64,000 nt of DNA, taken from NCBI GenBank assembly GCA_964016885.1, contig OZ024743.1:56296001-56360000 (forward strand), written 5' to 3'. Within the stretch, counting starts at the first letter, position 1. Every line of letters starts with the position of its first letter. The notes beneath the pieces are model-generated. The model was not told the origin of the DNA. It searched no databases and worked only from the letters and a program-made list of their open reading frames with translations. This DNA comes from Eledone cirrhosa (lineage: Eukaryota). Position numbers and translations under genes: made by a program. Of this stretch, positions 41,414 through 61,255 are shown piece after piece.

Positions 41414-42128
41414 CATATATATATATATTTATATATATATATATATAAATTTTATATATATATATATATTTTATATATATATATATATATATATTTTAAA
41501 TATATATAAAATATATATAAAATATATATATATATATATATATAAAATATATATATATATATAAAATATATATATATATAAAATATATATATATATATTT
41601 TAAATATATATATATATATATTATATATATATATATTTTATATATATATATATTTTTTTTTTATATATACATATATATATTTTTTATATATATATTTTAT
41701 ATATATACATATATATATATATAGTTTATATATATATATTTATTATATATATATGTATTTTATATATATATATTTTATATATATATATATATTATATATA
41801 TATTTTATATATATATATAATTTATATATATATATTATTTATATATATATATTATTTATATATATATATATTTTATATATATATATATTTCATATATATA
41901 TATATTTTATATATATATATATATTTTATATATATATATTTATATATATATATATTTCATATATATATATATTTTATATATATATATAGTTTATATATAT
42001 ATATAGTTTATATATATATATAGTTTATATATATATATATAGTTTATATATATATATATTTTTATATATATATATAGTTTATATATATATATAGTTTATA
42101 TATATATATATTTTTTATATATATATAT

Positions 42129-42213
<85 letters not shown>

Positions 42214-42268
42214 AATATATATATATTATATATATATATATTGTATATATATATATATTTTATATATA

Positions 42269-42300
<32 letters not shown>

Positions 42301-42480
42301 TTTATATATATATATTTTATATATATATATATATTTTATATATATATATATTTTATATATATATATATATTTTATATATATATATATTTCATATATATAT
42401 ATTATATATATATATATATATATTTTATATATTTTATATATATATATATTTTATATATATATATATATATTATATATATG
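40460..42480. repeat. ~2-kb (TA)n/TTTT compound microsatellite
   Basis: Direct inspection; similar tracts at 32950-33290, 45190-47640, 53520-53985, 54890-55775. Confidence 0.95.
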
Positions 42481-43720
42481 CAAAAGTTTTATTTAAGATT
42501 GTTGGGTTACAACGGGTAAATATTTTATAACTGATATAAAAGCACTCAACAGTTTCTGGAGTAGGTTTACGATCTTAAACAAATGGAAACTATATTTATA
42601 AAACCATATTTATTTCGTTATATATATTTCTGGGATATCATATTAAAAATATGGTATGCCTTCCTCAGACAAAATACAATACATAAGCTGTTTTATAAAT
42701 AATTTTTGACATACCTTATAATAATGCAACTTCCATTTAAAAAGTTGATTTGGTAGTGAAACTGTTATGACAGTTATATAGAAAGAAAAACGAAGATGAT
42801 AAGAAGAAGATGAAGAGATGTATGTAAATAAAAAAAGAAGAAGATGAAGAGATGTATGTAAAGAAAAACAACAGAGCGAGATAGAGAGACAAGGAGATAT
42901 GGGAGAGAGAAATACATTGAGGAAGTGAAAAAATACAGTAGGCAGCTTTTGGACAGATGATCATCGTATATGTGAGAGGTTAAGGAGGGAAGGGATACAG
43001 TTAAACTAGCCGACACATAAATCACGTCCAGTGTATAGGAGAAAAAGAAAGAAAGATGATATATTTAAAATATATTAAAAATATATTATGTCTCATCCAT
43101 TTGAATTATCAGTTTTTATGAATTAGGTATTATAATGTAAATATCAGTATTCATGAATGAGACACATATCCATAATGTGTGAAAAAAATGACCACATGCT
43201 TAGTTTAAAAATTCTTAGGTCTATAAGCAAAATCTGAGATAAAACTTCAAACATAAGTATATATGCATTCTCGTGAAAAAAGAAAAAGAGAAAAGAGAAG
43301 GTTATCTCAAATTCAAGTTCCACCCTACATACATTTACATACATATATACATATATATAGACATAAAATATATAAGATATACATTAACATTTAAAATAAC
43401 ATTCCAGCCTCACTTGCATGATTATCGATCAAGCATAGAGTAGACAACAGATATCAATATTAAAAATTAAAAACGCCAAGAATATCTTCGTCACTCCACA
43501 GAGTATCTAGGGACGCAAGAGAACATAGTATGCCACGCATATCGGTCACATAAAATCAGAATCAAAAGCAAACAAAACCAAAATTGTTCACCAAGCCTTA
43601 TCTAGCAGAAATCATTCAAAACTTATTCTACAAATGCTCTTATATTTATTATAGAAGTTTATCCAGCTTAAAAAATTTATTCAAAAGATTGGGAACAACG
43701 CCAATTTTAGGGTAGTTTAT
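42480..43720 (-). mobile_element. PLE 3' UTR and pLTR, minus orientation
   Basis: 42480-42740 is the reverse-complement homolog of 13930-14390 and 58920-59280; extent of the remainder is inferred. Confidence 0.6.
42611..42676 (-). ncRNA. Type I hammerhead ribozyme
   Basis: Minus: tattttgt CTGAGGA aggcatacca...tatccca GAAA tatataTA acgaaata; compensatory change in stem I relative to the 5722 and 14192 copies. Confidence 0.72.
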
Positions 43721-43734
43721 TTAATCTCATTAAT

Positions 43735-45180
43735 TACTCTCGAAGTGTGGCCTCCAACATACCCCGGATATTCTTCGAAGCCTTAGAGAAGAACTTCCCA
43801 CCCAACCATAGGTATAGAAAAATTCTTAATAGGAACAATATAAAAATATCCTTCTCTACTATTCCTAACCTAGCAGACATCATAGGAACAACGAACCACA
43901 GTAAGATCACCAAGACACAGCACCTCGACACAGACGCACCTACACCTGACAATAACTATATCGGCCTTAACAACTCCCTGACAGCTTCCAATAGTGTTGG
44001 CAACGGCATCCGCAGACGCAACCAGAATGACCGCGAAGTGACTGGGGAACATGCAGAACATGACGTGCGGAATAACAATCGCACCATCCCGCGTGCTGTG
44101 GGTTGTAATTGTGCTAACGACAGCTGCGGTAGCGTAGGTAACAACGTAGGCAGCAACAATGATAGCCTTACCGTGGGAAATAGACGGAACCGCCACAGAA
44201 ATTGCAACTGCCGCGACAGAGGACGCTGCCCCCTTAGAGGATACTGCTTGACTGATAGGGTTATATATAGATGCACTATTACTAGCCACAATAGCGTTAA
44301 ACATTATATAGGGGCCACCTCCGGCCCGTTCAAAATTAGGTTTCGAACACATCTCCACTCTTTCACAAATAGAAAACTAAGGCACTCCACTTCGCTCGCG
44401 GACTACATCACATCACTAAAGGACTTAAACATCAGCTTCTCCACGCACTGGGAGATTGTCGGCCGGGCTGCACCGTACAACTTCAAGAGGAAATGCGATC
44501 TTTGCCTCATGGAGCTCTACCACATCATAACTGCACCCCACGAGCTCATCAACAGCAGAGCTGAAACAGCGATAAGTTGTACACATCGCTTAAAAATATC
44601 CTTCTTTAGATGGGTTAAGAATGAAGAGTGAAATAGTACACTGGATCTCCCTGCAACAAGTCTTAACACCCCGGCGGGCAGGCGCAGCAAAATAACACCC
44701 AGAAAACAATCCTTGCATACCAGACCCAGCCTCAGACAAACGGATGCTGCAAAAAAAAAAAAAAAAAAAAAAAAAAATTATCCGGGAAAGACTGCCCTAA
44801 CACCGGCCAGAGTTACCTCCCTTGACCTGCTGCAAAATCAAAACAAGATATTTTTGCGAGCAATGATTCTTGATGTAGATTTAACCCCCAAAACTCTTTC
44901 CGAACTATATAAGGAACACTTGTGATTATTTATGCCCTTGAGAAGCCCAACTGGGCGAAACGTACGTAGGTGATATTTTAAATAAACATGTTTTAACGGT
45001 CTATTCTCCGATTTTTACTTTCCCACGTGCTTACGCTCTGCTAACTCTCTAGCCCACTAAATATTAACACTTCGAATATTTAATACTGCCGGCACTAGTA
45101 TCGAGCGCCTTTGGCATACGCTACTTGGCAAATAACTATATGTATCACCTATCCCTCCTTTTTCTCTCTTTCTCGATACG
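43735..45180 (+). mobile_element. 5'-truncated Penelope-like element (GIY-YIG ORF 43747-44631) with hammerhead-bearing pLTR
   Basis: CNCRDRGRCPLRGYCL; VIYRC...HYIGATSGPFKIRFRTH; CDLCLME. Confidence 0.88.
44931..44975 (+). ncRNA. Hammerhead ribozyme, U3-A8 variant (second copy 46982-47026)
   Basis: tatgccc TTGAGAA gccc aact gggc GAAA cgtacGTA ggtgata; palindromic ACGTACGT stem III; stem I short and imperfect. Confidence 0.7.
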
Positions 45181-45636
45181 TAAATACTATATAAAATATA
45201 TATATATAAAATATATATATATATAAAATATATATATATATATATAAAATATATATATATATATAAAATATATATATATATATATATAAAATATATATAT
45301 ATATATAAAATATATATATATATATAAAATATATATATATATATATAAAATATATATATATATATAAAATATATATATATATATAAAATATATATATATA
45401 TATATAAAATATATATATATATATAAAATATATATATATATATAAAATATATATATATATATATTTATATAAAATATATATATATATATATTAAATATAT
45501 ATATATATATTAAATATATATATATATATAAAATATATATATATATTTAAAATATATATATATATATAAAATATATATATATGAATAAAATATATATATA
45601 TATATAATAAAATATATATATATATATAATATATAT

Positions 45637-45668
<32 letters not shown>

Positions 45669-45675
45669 ATAAAAT

Positions 45676-45752
<77 letters not shown>

Positions 45753-45769
45753 TATATATATGTATATAT

Positions 45770-45808
<39 letters not shown>

Positions 45809-45993
45809 TATGTAAAATATATATATATATATATAAAATACATATATATATATATGTATATATATATAAAATATATATATATATATTATATATATATAAA
45901 ATATATATATAATATATATATATATATAAAATATATATATATATATAATATATATATATTTTATATATATATATTTTATATATATATAGATAG

Positions 45994-46057
<64 letters not shown>

Positions 46058-46146
46058 GAAAAATTGAACAGGGACAGAACAGAGAGGCAGTACGACAAAT
46101 GTTTATTAAATTCACGCTCAGGAGAGTGGGGGGTAGGTATATATAT

Positions 46147-46274
<128 letters not shown>

Positions 46275-48717
46275 TATATATATATATAAAATATATATAT
46301 ATATAAAATATATATATATATATAAACTATATATATATATATAAAATATATATATATAAAATATATATATATATAAAACATATATATAAAATATATATAT
46401 AATATATATATATATAAAACATATATCGACTTGTTCGATTTTATCTATAATATAATCCTTATATATAAAACATATATATAAAATATATATATATATATAA
46501 TATATATATATATAAAATATATATATATATAATATACATATATATATATAAAATATATATATATAAAAAATATATATATATATAAAATATATATATATAT
46601 AATATATATATATAAAATATATATATATATAAAATATATATAAAATGTATATATATATAAAAAATATAAATATATATATAAAATATATATATATATAAAA
46701 TATATAAAATGTATATATATATAAAAAATATAAATGTATATATAAAATATATATATATATATAAAATATATATATATATATAAAATATATATATATATAT
46801 AAAATATATATATATATATATATAAAATATATATATAAATGAGAGGTATAGAGATTGTTTTAGCAAGAAGCTAACGGCATTCTATAACATATATGCGACT
46901 ATAACGTCAAGATGGGAAAAGTAGTTAACGAAAGATTTAGGAAAAATATATATATATATATATATACAATATATATATATTTATGCCCTTGAGAAGCCCA
47001 ACAGGGCGAAACGTACGTAGGTGATATTTTAAATAAACATGTTTTAACGGTCTATTCTCCGATTTTTACTTTCCCACGTATATATTTTATATATATATAT
47101 ATTTTATATATATATTTCATATATATATATATTTTATATATATATATATATTTTATATATATATTTTTTATATAATATATATTTTATATATATATATAGT
47201 TTATATATATATATATTCAGTTTATATATATATATATTATATATAAATATATATTTTATATATATAAATATATATTTTATATATATATATATTTTATATA
47301 TATATATTTTCTACATATATATTTTATATATATATATATATAATATATATATATATTTTATATATATATATATATATTATATATATATATATTATATATA
47401 TAGATATATATCTTACTGGTAATAAGGTAGTAATAAATTATTGACCTTCACTGTTTAGGGTTTAAAATATATATAACTATAAAAGTTTTAGTATATAGAT
47501 AACCATAAATAGTATCCTTAATACTATTTGATATATATATATATTTTATATATATATATATATTTCATATATATATATTTTTTATATATATATATATTTT
47601 ATATATATATATATATTTTATATATATATATATATATATGTAACGAAGGGTATTAGTAGTGTAAGGTGTAAGAATGAATTCTACAAGTCGCCTGCCTCTC
47701 CTCCTACTTTCTACCAGGCTGAGGTTGTTATAGTAGTAGTGACATATATTTCCTTTCCCAACCCACTAGTTTACCTTCCGGCAACACTACCACTATCACA
47801 GCATTAAAGTTATGTAAGGCAGGAGGAGATAACTGCGAAAGAGGAGTTGTAATATTATAATTAAAAATATAAATTAAATAGAGAATCAAATTTAATTATG
47901 GAATTATAATTGTGGATATACTTAAAATAGATAACATTATAGATTATAATGTTTAACTGGTCTATAAAGGATTTATGGAAAGGCATGAGAGCCCGCTACC
48001 ACTGATTACTCTATGCTCTACTGTAGCCCAATGGAGACAATCCCTGTCCCTAAAGCCTCGGTCGAGGAGATTCATGCACTCCATGTTCAGGGTAGGACTT
48101 GGATTGTCGGGATATTTCGCACAGCTTGCCTCAAATAGCAGTAAAACCAATCGAGATCAACGGGCGATCGTGTTTAACCGATAAGAAGCTATCAGTGAGT
48201 GATATAGATTATTAAATAGGGTGACCATTAATAGATATAGCTTGACCCAAGCTAACTTGAATTAAAAATAAGAATAAACAACATAAAGATAAATTAAAGT
48301 AAATTAAAGTATGAAATGTAAAGATCTAAGGCTACAATATAAAATATAATGGGAAAATAACATTGAAACAACATGATGCGGAATATATAAAGCAAACAGC
48401 GGATAACTTGAGATCATACATGAAGTAAATGAAAATGTACATAAAATAAATACAATAAATTAGCCCGAGATATTGTGTGGAGTGTTTTGACTAGTCTACG
48501 CTTGTTCTATCAAAAGCAATCCACACATACATACATATAGCGATGCTTTGGTTGGTCGTAGTTGGTGGTTGATTGTGTTGTGGTGTTGATTCGTTTGTTG
48601 CGTGTGTGCTCACTTGCAGCTTGCTGTGTCTTGTGGTCACTGTTATGTGATACAGTGTGACCAGAGGTTGCATGTGTGCAGGTTAGTTAGTAAGTGTTCA
48701 ATAAATTGATGATGATA

Positions 48718-51350
48718 TGATAGTTCCTTGATCACGCAGAAAATGTGTAGCCGGAGGCATTCGGACTTACCTTGCGTCTTTCAATCACTCGTTCCACCGT
48801 CCACGTGGGGTACTACCAAACAGCGTCTATCTTCACACGACCCGTCTCCTCACGGTGCCAACAGCCAAGTGACCGCTGCCCACCACTTGGTCCCTCGTGT
48901 CGCCCCCGTCCTCCTGCAGGCGTCCCCCAACTTCCGGCAATCCCCCTCCCACGGCAGCTCTACACACCCCTCTATCTCACGGCAGCCCCCCCCCCTCAAG
49001 GATCTATCCCCCCATCACATTACTCCATGTCAAAATCCGTTGCGATCTTTGCACTGTTGGGGCAGCACTTTCGTTTTCCTCTTCCTCGGAGTCCGTCACA
49101 ACAATGACTCTACGGGTGTCCAAGACGTAACGTGGCATTCTGTCGACAGACACGTTGTTTTGGGAATTTACGGCGGTTATCATTCCCTTTATCCATTGAG
49201 ATGTGCAACGCGCGTTCGTGGGCTTGACCCATACCACTTTGCCCACTCGTACGAATGCGCTCTCTCTCCATCGGCTGCTGTGGTACCGTGCACGGGTGTC
49301 GCCATTGGTATGTATATATTACCCTGTGCGGCACCGACTCTTCGGCCTGTCCCACGCGAGGAGACATGTTGTACTAGAACACTGCCTCCATTGGCGAAAT
49401 TTGCCCCCTTTCCGCCATGGCCTTGATCGTGCGATGGTGTCTCTCCACGATCCCATTTCCGCTAGGCCTGGATGCCGCTCTGAAGAAGCGGTTCACCTTC
49501 CACTTGTCAAGCATTTCCCTCAGTGCCTCCGAGCGAAATGCTGTGCTGTTGTCCATCAGCAGTTCATCTACAGGGCCCCGCTCCAAGAATATCTTTCTCA
49601 CCGTCCGCGCAATTTCCTCCGCAATTCCTGACATTTTTCCCTCCATATCGCCATCCGTTCCGGCCCACAATCGACCATCGAGAGATACCTTCCTTGTCGG
49701 TCGTATGTCACGTCCACCACGAATCGCTTCCAGTTGTACTCCACCGGGATGCTGCCTGTCTCGTGCACACCCGGTGCAGAGGCGATAGACTGGCATCTGT
49801 CGCAACCTCCAACCACTCTCTGGACACTCTGTCTGCTAACATCAGAGTCGATTCTTCTGGCTAGGAATATGTCCTCTCCAGCCCCATGTGGTGCATGGCA
49901 TGCAGTTCCTTCAACTCCGAATCACTCAGCCGACACACTGCAGCTATCCCCTTCTCTGCATCCTCTGGCGTGTCCAACCAGGCTTTCTTCACCCTGGTTA
50001 ATACGTCTGCCCTGTTTTTCTCTGAGGATACAAAAATCACATTCACTCCAGGCTGAATTCGGTGGACAGCTCCCCCGGAGTTCCCAGACGGCGCTTTATC
50101 AACATTTCTGCTGCCCCTCTCGTTCGCACCCTCTTCTCACAGGTAAGCACTGATCTCACCCATCCGAGTACAGTAGCCGTGTCAGCGCGAATTTCTAAAG
50201 TGCGCAGCCTCCATCTCAAGGCGAGATTCACTCCTCTCAGCACAGCATCCAGTTCGGCCACGTTGATGTGGTTGCAGTCCTCCTTCTTCCTGAAACAGGC
50301 TGCGTCCTCAACCTCGACGCCCCCTATCTCCAGAGTGACCCCTATTGCTATGCTGCTGGAATCACACCATTCGGTCCCGCTCTCCGATTTGGGGACGTAC
50401 CAGCGTCCTCTCACTGGGTCATCCACCTCTACCCTCTCCACGATCTCCTGCACCATGGCCACTGTCCTCTCTCCAGCCCTATCACCCCAGCTCACCCCGT
50501 CTGCTCGTCTCTTGACATAGCTGCATGCCGTCCGGAGCCACCCTGCGATCGGATAGTGGCCCACCAACTTACCACACATTGAGAAGAGTTCCCGTCTATT
50601 CATATCGGGGCCCAGTTCCGGAACTTCATTACCCCTCCGAAACACCTGTGTGCCTCTTTGCATCTTGAGTCCTAGCGCGGATCCTAGTTCCATCGCCTCC
50701 GGCGGTTTTGCGGTCGGCCCGAAGCTTCTCAAGTGTCCTGAAACCTCTGCTGCTGACACCACCGTCTCGTCCACCAAAATTTCGTCGATGTAGGAGTTGG
50801 TGGCCCTCCTCACCTTGTCTGCTTTTCCCAGAATGGCCTTGAGGACAGTGGCCATGATTTTTGGTGCAGAGTTCAACCCGAAGTCAAGCTTGGTCAGGCA
50901 GTATGTTTCGTCCTTATACCTGGCCAGCTGATATTTCCACAGCTTCTCATCCACGTGTAACTACAGATATGCCGGCTTTAAGTCGTGGAGGCCTCCGTCA
51001 TTCGTCTCCATTCTCGCAAGGTTTACCCGTAAACATCCGTGACCTCACCGCCTGTGTGGCATGACACGTGTTCATTCAGCTCACGAAAGTCCAACACCGG
51101 CCTAACCTTGTTCTTCGTGGGCTGCACCACTGCCATTAACGGCAACACACCACACTTTACCTCCTCCTTCCAAGAAATCAGTATACCCTCCTCGATCCAT
51201 CTCTGTACCTCTCCCTCAAACTCGCTTCTGGCATATCCTTTCAGGGTATGCTGATAACAGCCCACTCTATTCTTCAGCGTTGGTGGATCTCCCTTCCAGT
51301 ACCACTCAACTACCCACTGCTGCCCATCGAACACCGCCCTGAAATGGGTG
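48718..51350 (-). mobile_element. Degenerate Ty3/Gypsy LTR retrotransposon: RT-RNaseH-integrase fragments, PPT and probable 3' LTR (~48718-48984)
   Basis: KVRPVLDFRELN, FGLNSAP, YIDE; WCDSS, INVAELDA, NRADVLTR; H..HH.G, CDRC, LMDNSTAF, GNGIVERHHRTIK; G-run PPT before tgccgtg. Confidence 0.85.
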
Positions 51351-53519
51351 ACTATATATATATAAAGAGAGATTTGCATGTGTCTGGGGTGTGGTGTTAA
51401 TGAGTGTTGATGAAGATTTAGAGGAATTAAAGCACACACACACACATATATATATATATAAATTATTAATACAATAACAGAGATAGTTTAAAGCTAATCT
51501 CTGACTGGTAACCATCTAACTCAACAAACATTAGGTTATATTTTAATATAAACCCAATTTAAGTGTTTGGGTGCTAACAATATGTATTATGTGGAAAAGC
51601 CAGTTGTATTATTTTATGAGATATAAATAAAGTTAAAATATATCTCTCTTTCCAAACAATTGTTTCATTATAAGTTTTCTACAAATTCGGAGAATATTTC
51701 CAGTTTATGTAGAAGCCTAATATACATTCATGTAAGAATATATTTAGGTGGGCGCTTATAAATCATCAGTGGATGCCCATTAAACCTTGATATAAGAAAA
51801 ACATTTCTTACCACGGTTAAAAATCATGTCCATTAAGTTGCTCCTTCCCGCATCGAATGACCGGCAAATTTGAAATTCCAGCAGTTTTTGACTGAGGAAG
51901 TGTTATAGCGTCACTAAGCGGGAAGGGGAGACAACTACGATCCACGAAAGGAGGAAAAAAAATAATATACACGCGGGTTAATCAGTTTATTCGAAAACAT
52001 TATCAATCCAACGTGTTAAGAACTCAATTGAAAATAAAAAAATAAATATATGCGTGTATAAATTACACACGCATATAGATATTTTCTTAGGCTAAAATCA
52101 GAGGTTGCACCTGAATAAGAAACCGCATCTCGTAACCGTAGTAAATACGTAAAGTTATACTTAGAAGGGCAAATGGGAATGTAAATCTCCGGCCGAATTA
52201 AGAGTAAAATATAAAACACACGCGGGTGTATATATATATACACTCAGAAAATGGTGAGATTGCAAGATAAGGGTGTTTGAAAAGGTGGTTGTAAACATCC
52301 TGTGCTGCTGGTTTTATTTCATTAGCTGACCTTTGATGAGTATATAATGACATAGCTGAATCAACTCTCTTAAATTTATAAAGAATATCTTCTATAAAAT
52401 TCTATATCAAAGATGAATCTAGGTGCTTGTCTTGGTTTTAATGAGGTGTAAGATACATGTCTTTTGATAAGAATGGGATGACAGGAAAAAGAGAAAAGAA
52501 GAATAGTTTAATTATTCATTTGATGTGAGTGTGTGTTTGCAAATAAATAAATCAGTTTGAAGACTCACATTTAGAATAACCGAAATTGTACGTTAATGTG
52601 GTTAATGTTTTTGTTGTTTAGCCTGTAAAGTGTATGAGTTGAAATGTAAGGGTATTAGTATCCCCATGAAAATGAACAGCCGAAAATGAAAATAATTATG
52701 TCGTTTAATTTTACGATTTAAAGAAAAGAATTGTCGCAAATTATTAGTTTATTTTTTAATGAAGTGTGTATTTGTGGTTATAAATCCCGCAAGTTGTTTA
52801 ATTGTTTTAAAGTTTTTTTGATCAATTTATGTGAGTGTGTGTTTGTATGTGTTTGTAAATAAATCATTAAGTTTGAAGCAACTAAAAGTTAGTGTGGTTA
52901 TAAATCACGCACGTTGTTTAATTGCTTTAAATGTTTTTTTATCATTTGAAGTGAGTGTGTGTTTGTATGCGTTTGGAAATAAATCAGTAAGTTTGAAGCA
53001 ACTAAAAGTTAGACTGAGGAACGATTGAAAAACATTGTAACTCACATTTTTAAAAGATGCGCGTAGCTGCTAACGGTGAATAAACCAAATTTAGTATAAA
53101 AGAGAAAGTAGCAAAATGTGTGGGTTGTAGATAGAGGTAAGCAGATGATATGAGAGAGTAAAACGGACAGTATCACCATCAACATGAACAATGTAAAATG
53201 AAAAGAATAATTTAGTTTCATTTTATGTGTTGTTTCAGCTTGGAAAGAGAAAGTAGCAGAAAGTATGAAGTTGTATAGATTTTGAAGGGTAATGGAAAGA
53301 GTTTATCAGTTGAAATGAGAGAAGCAAATCGTAAAATATTGAATTTTATCGATTTTTTGCGTAATTGTGGGTGAAATTGAAAAGAATATATATGCCATGA
53401 CCCAATTGAAGCTATTTCGAATACTGAATTGTAAATTTCAATTGAAGAAATTCTATATCGTAGATTTCTATAACAAAGAAACATGACCATACACTGAGCT
53501 TTATAGATTATGATACACT

Positions 53520-53633
<114 letters not shown>

Positions 53634-53852
53634 TACACACACATACATACACACACATATACACACACACATATACCCACACACACATTTTATATATATT
53701 ATACATACATATACATACACCATATATATATATTAAATATATACATACATATACACACCTACCATACATATATATATGCACTATACACATATATACATAT
53801 TATACAAACATATATTATAAATATATACATATTTATAATATATATATTATAA

Positions 53853-53962
<110 letters not shown>

Positions 53963-53984
53963 ACATACACACTATACATACATA

Positions 53985-54882
53985 TACGAGGTGTGTCAGA
54001 AAAGTTCCAGGACTGATGCACAAAAGATTTATTTCAAACCCAAACTTCACACTAAGAGTTTTCTCCTTCAAAGTAATCCCCCCGGAGTCTAATGCACTTT
54101 TCTATCCTTTTCTGCCACGCTTGCATGCACTCCTGGAAGGATTCTTCCGGGATCCTCCGCAGTTCCGTGGTCACGGCCTTTTTTATGTCGTCCACGTCTT
54201 CAAAACGGGTCCCCTACGGGTCGTATTCAAAGATCCATGACTCATCACCGGTGATGACTGTCCTTAGCAAGTCTGGTTCAGTTTCAAGACGCTCGAGGAT
54301 ATCCTGGCAACTTGCATGCGTCGACCCTTCTGGTCATCGTTCAGCCGTGTTGGCATCATCTTCGCGCAGACTTTCCGCATGTCCAAATCTTCTGTGAGAA
54401 TCTTCCAGACGCTGTCCCGATTCATGTCCAGCTCATTTGCCATCAGTCGAACAGTCAGCCGACGATCGCTAACCACCATCTGCCTGATGCGCTCAACGTT
54501 GACCTCAGTCCTGGTTGTTGCGGGCCTTCCGCTCCTGGGGTCATCTTCCACGTCCTCGCGCCCTTCTTTAAACCTCTTGCACCACTCAAAAACACGTGAG
54601 CGTGACATCGTCTCATCTCCATACACTTGCTGCAGCAATCCCAGTGCTTCTGACGGAGTTTTCAAGTTTGTTAGTTGCTCTGTGCTCATTGCTTGACGAC
54701 CTGAAACAGAGGACATGTGTATAAAATGATGAAGAAAAAGGTTTGATCGCTGCAGAGAGCTAAGATTACAGTTACATACTCCAGGGGGATTACTTTGAAG
54801 GAGAAAACTCTTAGTGTGAAGTTTGGGTTTGAAAGAAATCTTTTGTGACATCAATCCTGGAATTTTTCTGACCCACCTCGTA
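53985..54882 (-). mobile_element. Internally deleted mariner transposon
   Basis: ~100-bp TIRs tacgaggtgtgtcagaaaag...tttctgacccacctcgta in TA; HTH region SRSRVFEWCKRFKEGREDVEDDPRSGRP; ITGDESW fragment; most of the catalytic domain missing. Confidence 0.92.
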
Positions 54883-55285
54883 TATTATACATATTTTATA
54901 CATAGATATATATATATCTCATATATACACATATATATATTTTACATACATACATATATTTTTTCCATATACACACATATATATATATTATACACACATA
55001 CACACATATATATCTTATACATATACATATATATATATATATATCCTATACATACATATACATATATTTCATACACATATATATACACACGCATATATTT
55101 TATACATACATATATATACATCCTATACACACACCATATATATATTTTACACATATACCATACATACATTTTATATACACACTTATATATCCTATACACA
55201 TATCAGATATTTATCCCTCACATATATCATATACATCCCATATATACACTATACATATAATATATACATATTATATATATCCCAC

Positions 55286-55317
<32 letters not shown>

Positions 55318-55774
55318 TTATATCTCCCATACACACACATATATATTTTATACATACATACACACATATATACGCATATACATATACATACACATATATA
55401 CATATACATATACATTTATATGTATGTAGTATATATATATGTATATATATAAAGAATATATATATATATATAGGATATATAAAATGTGTATATATGGAAT
55501 TGTATGTGTATGTATGTATATATATAAAATGTATGGAATATATATATACACATATATACATATATACATATACATATATATACATATATATATATTCCAT
55601 ACATTTTATATATATACATACATACACATACATATTCCATATATACACATTTTATATATCCTATATATATATATTCTTTTTATATATACATATATATATA
55701 CTACATACATACATACATATAAATATACTATATATATATCCACACATACATATACACATACATATATATATATA

Positions 55775-59325
<3,551 letters not shown>

Positions 59326-59880
59326 GTACACATACACACAAATATATCTGTATACCTACAGACATATATATTAAAAAACACATCTATACATATATATATA
59401 TATATATATATAATTATGTTTAGACAACAGAACGATACGTGCGTCCTGTCGAATTTATGACAGTAATTCTTTACTGTCTACAACTACATTTATTTGCATT
59501 GATGTGCATTGCTTATATAATGTGCTATCTTTTATGTTCCATTTTTATTTTTATCTTTATTTTTATCACCTCCTATTTTTTATTCTCATACTTTATTCTC
59601 ATTTTTATTTTTATTATTTTTTAATTATTTTTTTATATTTTCTTATATTATCATCACTTTATTATTATCTTTATTCTATCCTTACCTCTAGCTCTACCCT
59701 TTACGTTTTTTCTCTTATTTTTAATTTCTTTAATTTCCTTATCTTTAATTATTGTAACTGACTTTGGTCTTATATATATCGGCTTCTAGCGGTGACGCAT
59801 CGTCCAAGCACCCCATACTTCTTAGTCCTCTGTGCTACATATGGATCGTTCAGTAGAGTTTATACTATTGATCTAATTCC

Positions 59881-59944
59881 TCTTTATAACACTCTGATGG
59901 GTCCTGCAATTATGCAAGGACGAAACACTGTCAGCAAATAAAGA
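59881..59944 (+). ncRNA. Hammerhead motif with A9G change
   Basis: ct CTGATGG gtcctgca atta tgcaaggac GAAA cactGTC ag; distal tcttta/taaaga pairing. Confidence 0.55.
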
Positions 59945-59976
59945 TTAATTGATGATGTAAGCGCTCTTTGTTTTTG

Positions 59977-60031
<55 letters not shown>

Positions 60032-60323
60032 TATGTACACGTACACACAAACATGTACACATATATCTGACATATATATATATATAAAAACACATCTATA
60101 CATACATATATGTATACACATCTACTCAAGTGTTTAAGTTCATATATACATTGGTGTGGGTGAGGAAGGGAAATGAATGAAATGTACCTCTGAGGGTTTT
60201 TCTTCTCTTCACCGATCGAATGTTTGAAAGTACGGGTCTCATAAACTACTTTTCTTTTTCAATATGAGATTTTTTTAAAGAAAAGAGAAGGGGAGAATCC
60301 CGTTACGTGAAGATGGAATATCA

Positions 60324-60368
<45 letters not shown>

Positions 60369-60609
60369 GTATATGTATATATGTATATTTGTATATATGT
60401 ATATATGTAAATTTGGTCCTTACGATTCGAACACATGTATGTTTATATTAGTGTTCATCTCTCTTGTTTATTCAATTATATTACATGTATATATGTGTAT
60501 GTATATGTATATGTGTATATATGTGTGTATGTATGTATAAAATATATATGTGTGTGTATGAGAGATATAAATATATATATATATATATGTGGGATATATA
60601 TAATATGTA

Positions 60610-61174
60610 TGTAGCAAGAGTTGCCTCCCTTGTTGTGACGAAAACATCACCAATAGAGTAACGCTCTCTAGACAGGAAGTAGCTGGAGTTGCTTCCCGTT
60701 GGGGTGATAGAACCCTTTTTGTCACTTCCGCCAGAACCCTATAAAGGGAATAACTTCCAGCTCCCTCTCTCTCATTTGCCCTTTCGGCTCCTGGCCTTCG
60801 GCCAGGCGTCTGCGGCCAGACGCGTTCGCCTGGCAACCAAACGGTAACTAATAACTTTGCTTCATTCTTTCATCTATTCATTGACATGTCAACTATACTG
60901 TGCTATATATCCACAAATTGTTAATTAAATATTATACACACAAACCACGTCTCTTGTTATATTCATACACACCATTATTTTGTTATAAGTGGTGACCCCG
61001 AAAAAGGAAAAAATAGCAGAATCTGGTGTTGTGTGAGTAACATTACGAATACGTAGCAAATTTTATTAACAAACTAGGAAAATACGCAGACACAGAAACG
61101 AACACACGCACATGTGAAATTCTCGTTCAGACAGACTCTTTTTCTCTCGCGCATCAACTAACTGTCGCATTTCA

Positions 61175-61255
<81 letters not shown>

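Noticed and set aside
40439-42519. Long YI-rich ORFs (also the many CV, HT, poly-R/L/F ORFs elsewhere)
   Set aside because: Translations of (TA)n, (CA)n and (AAG)n microsatellites
51885-51960. CTGAGGA...cacGAAA hammerhead-like spacing
   Set aside because: No stem III, NUH triplet or stem I partner after GAAA
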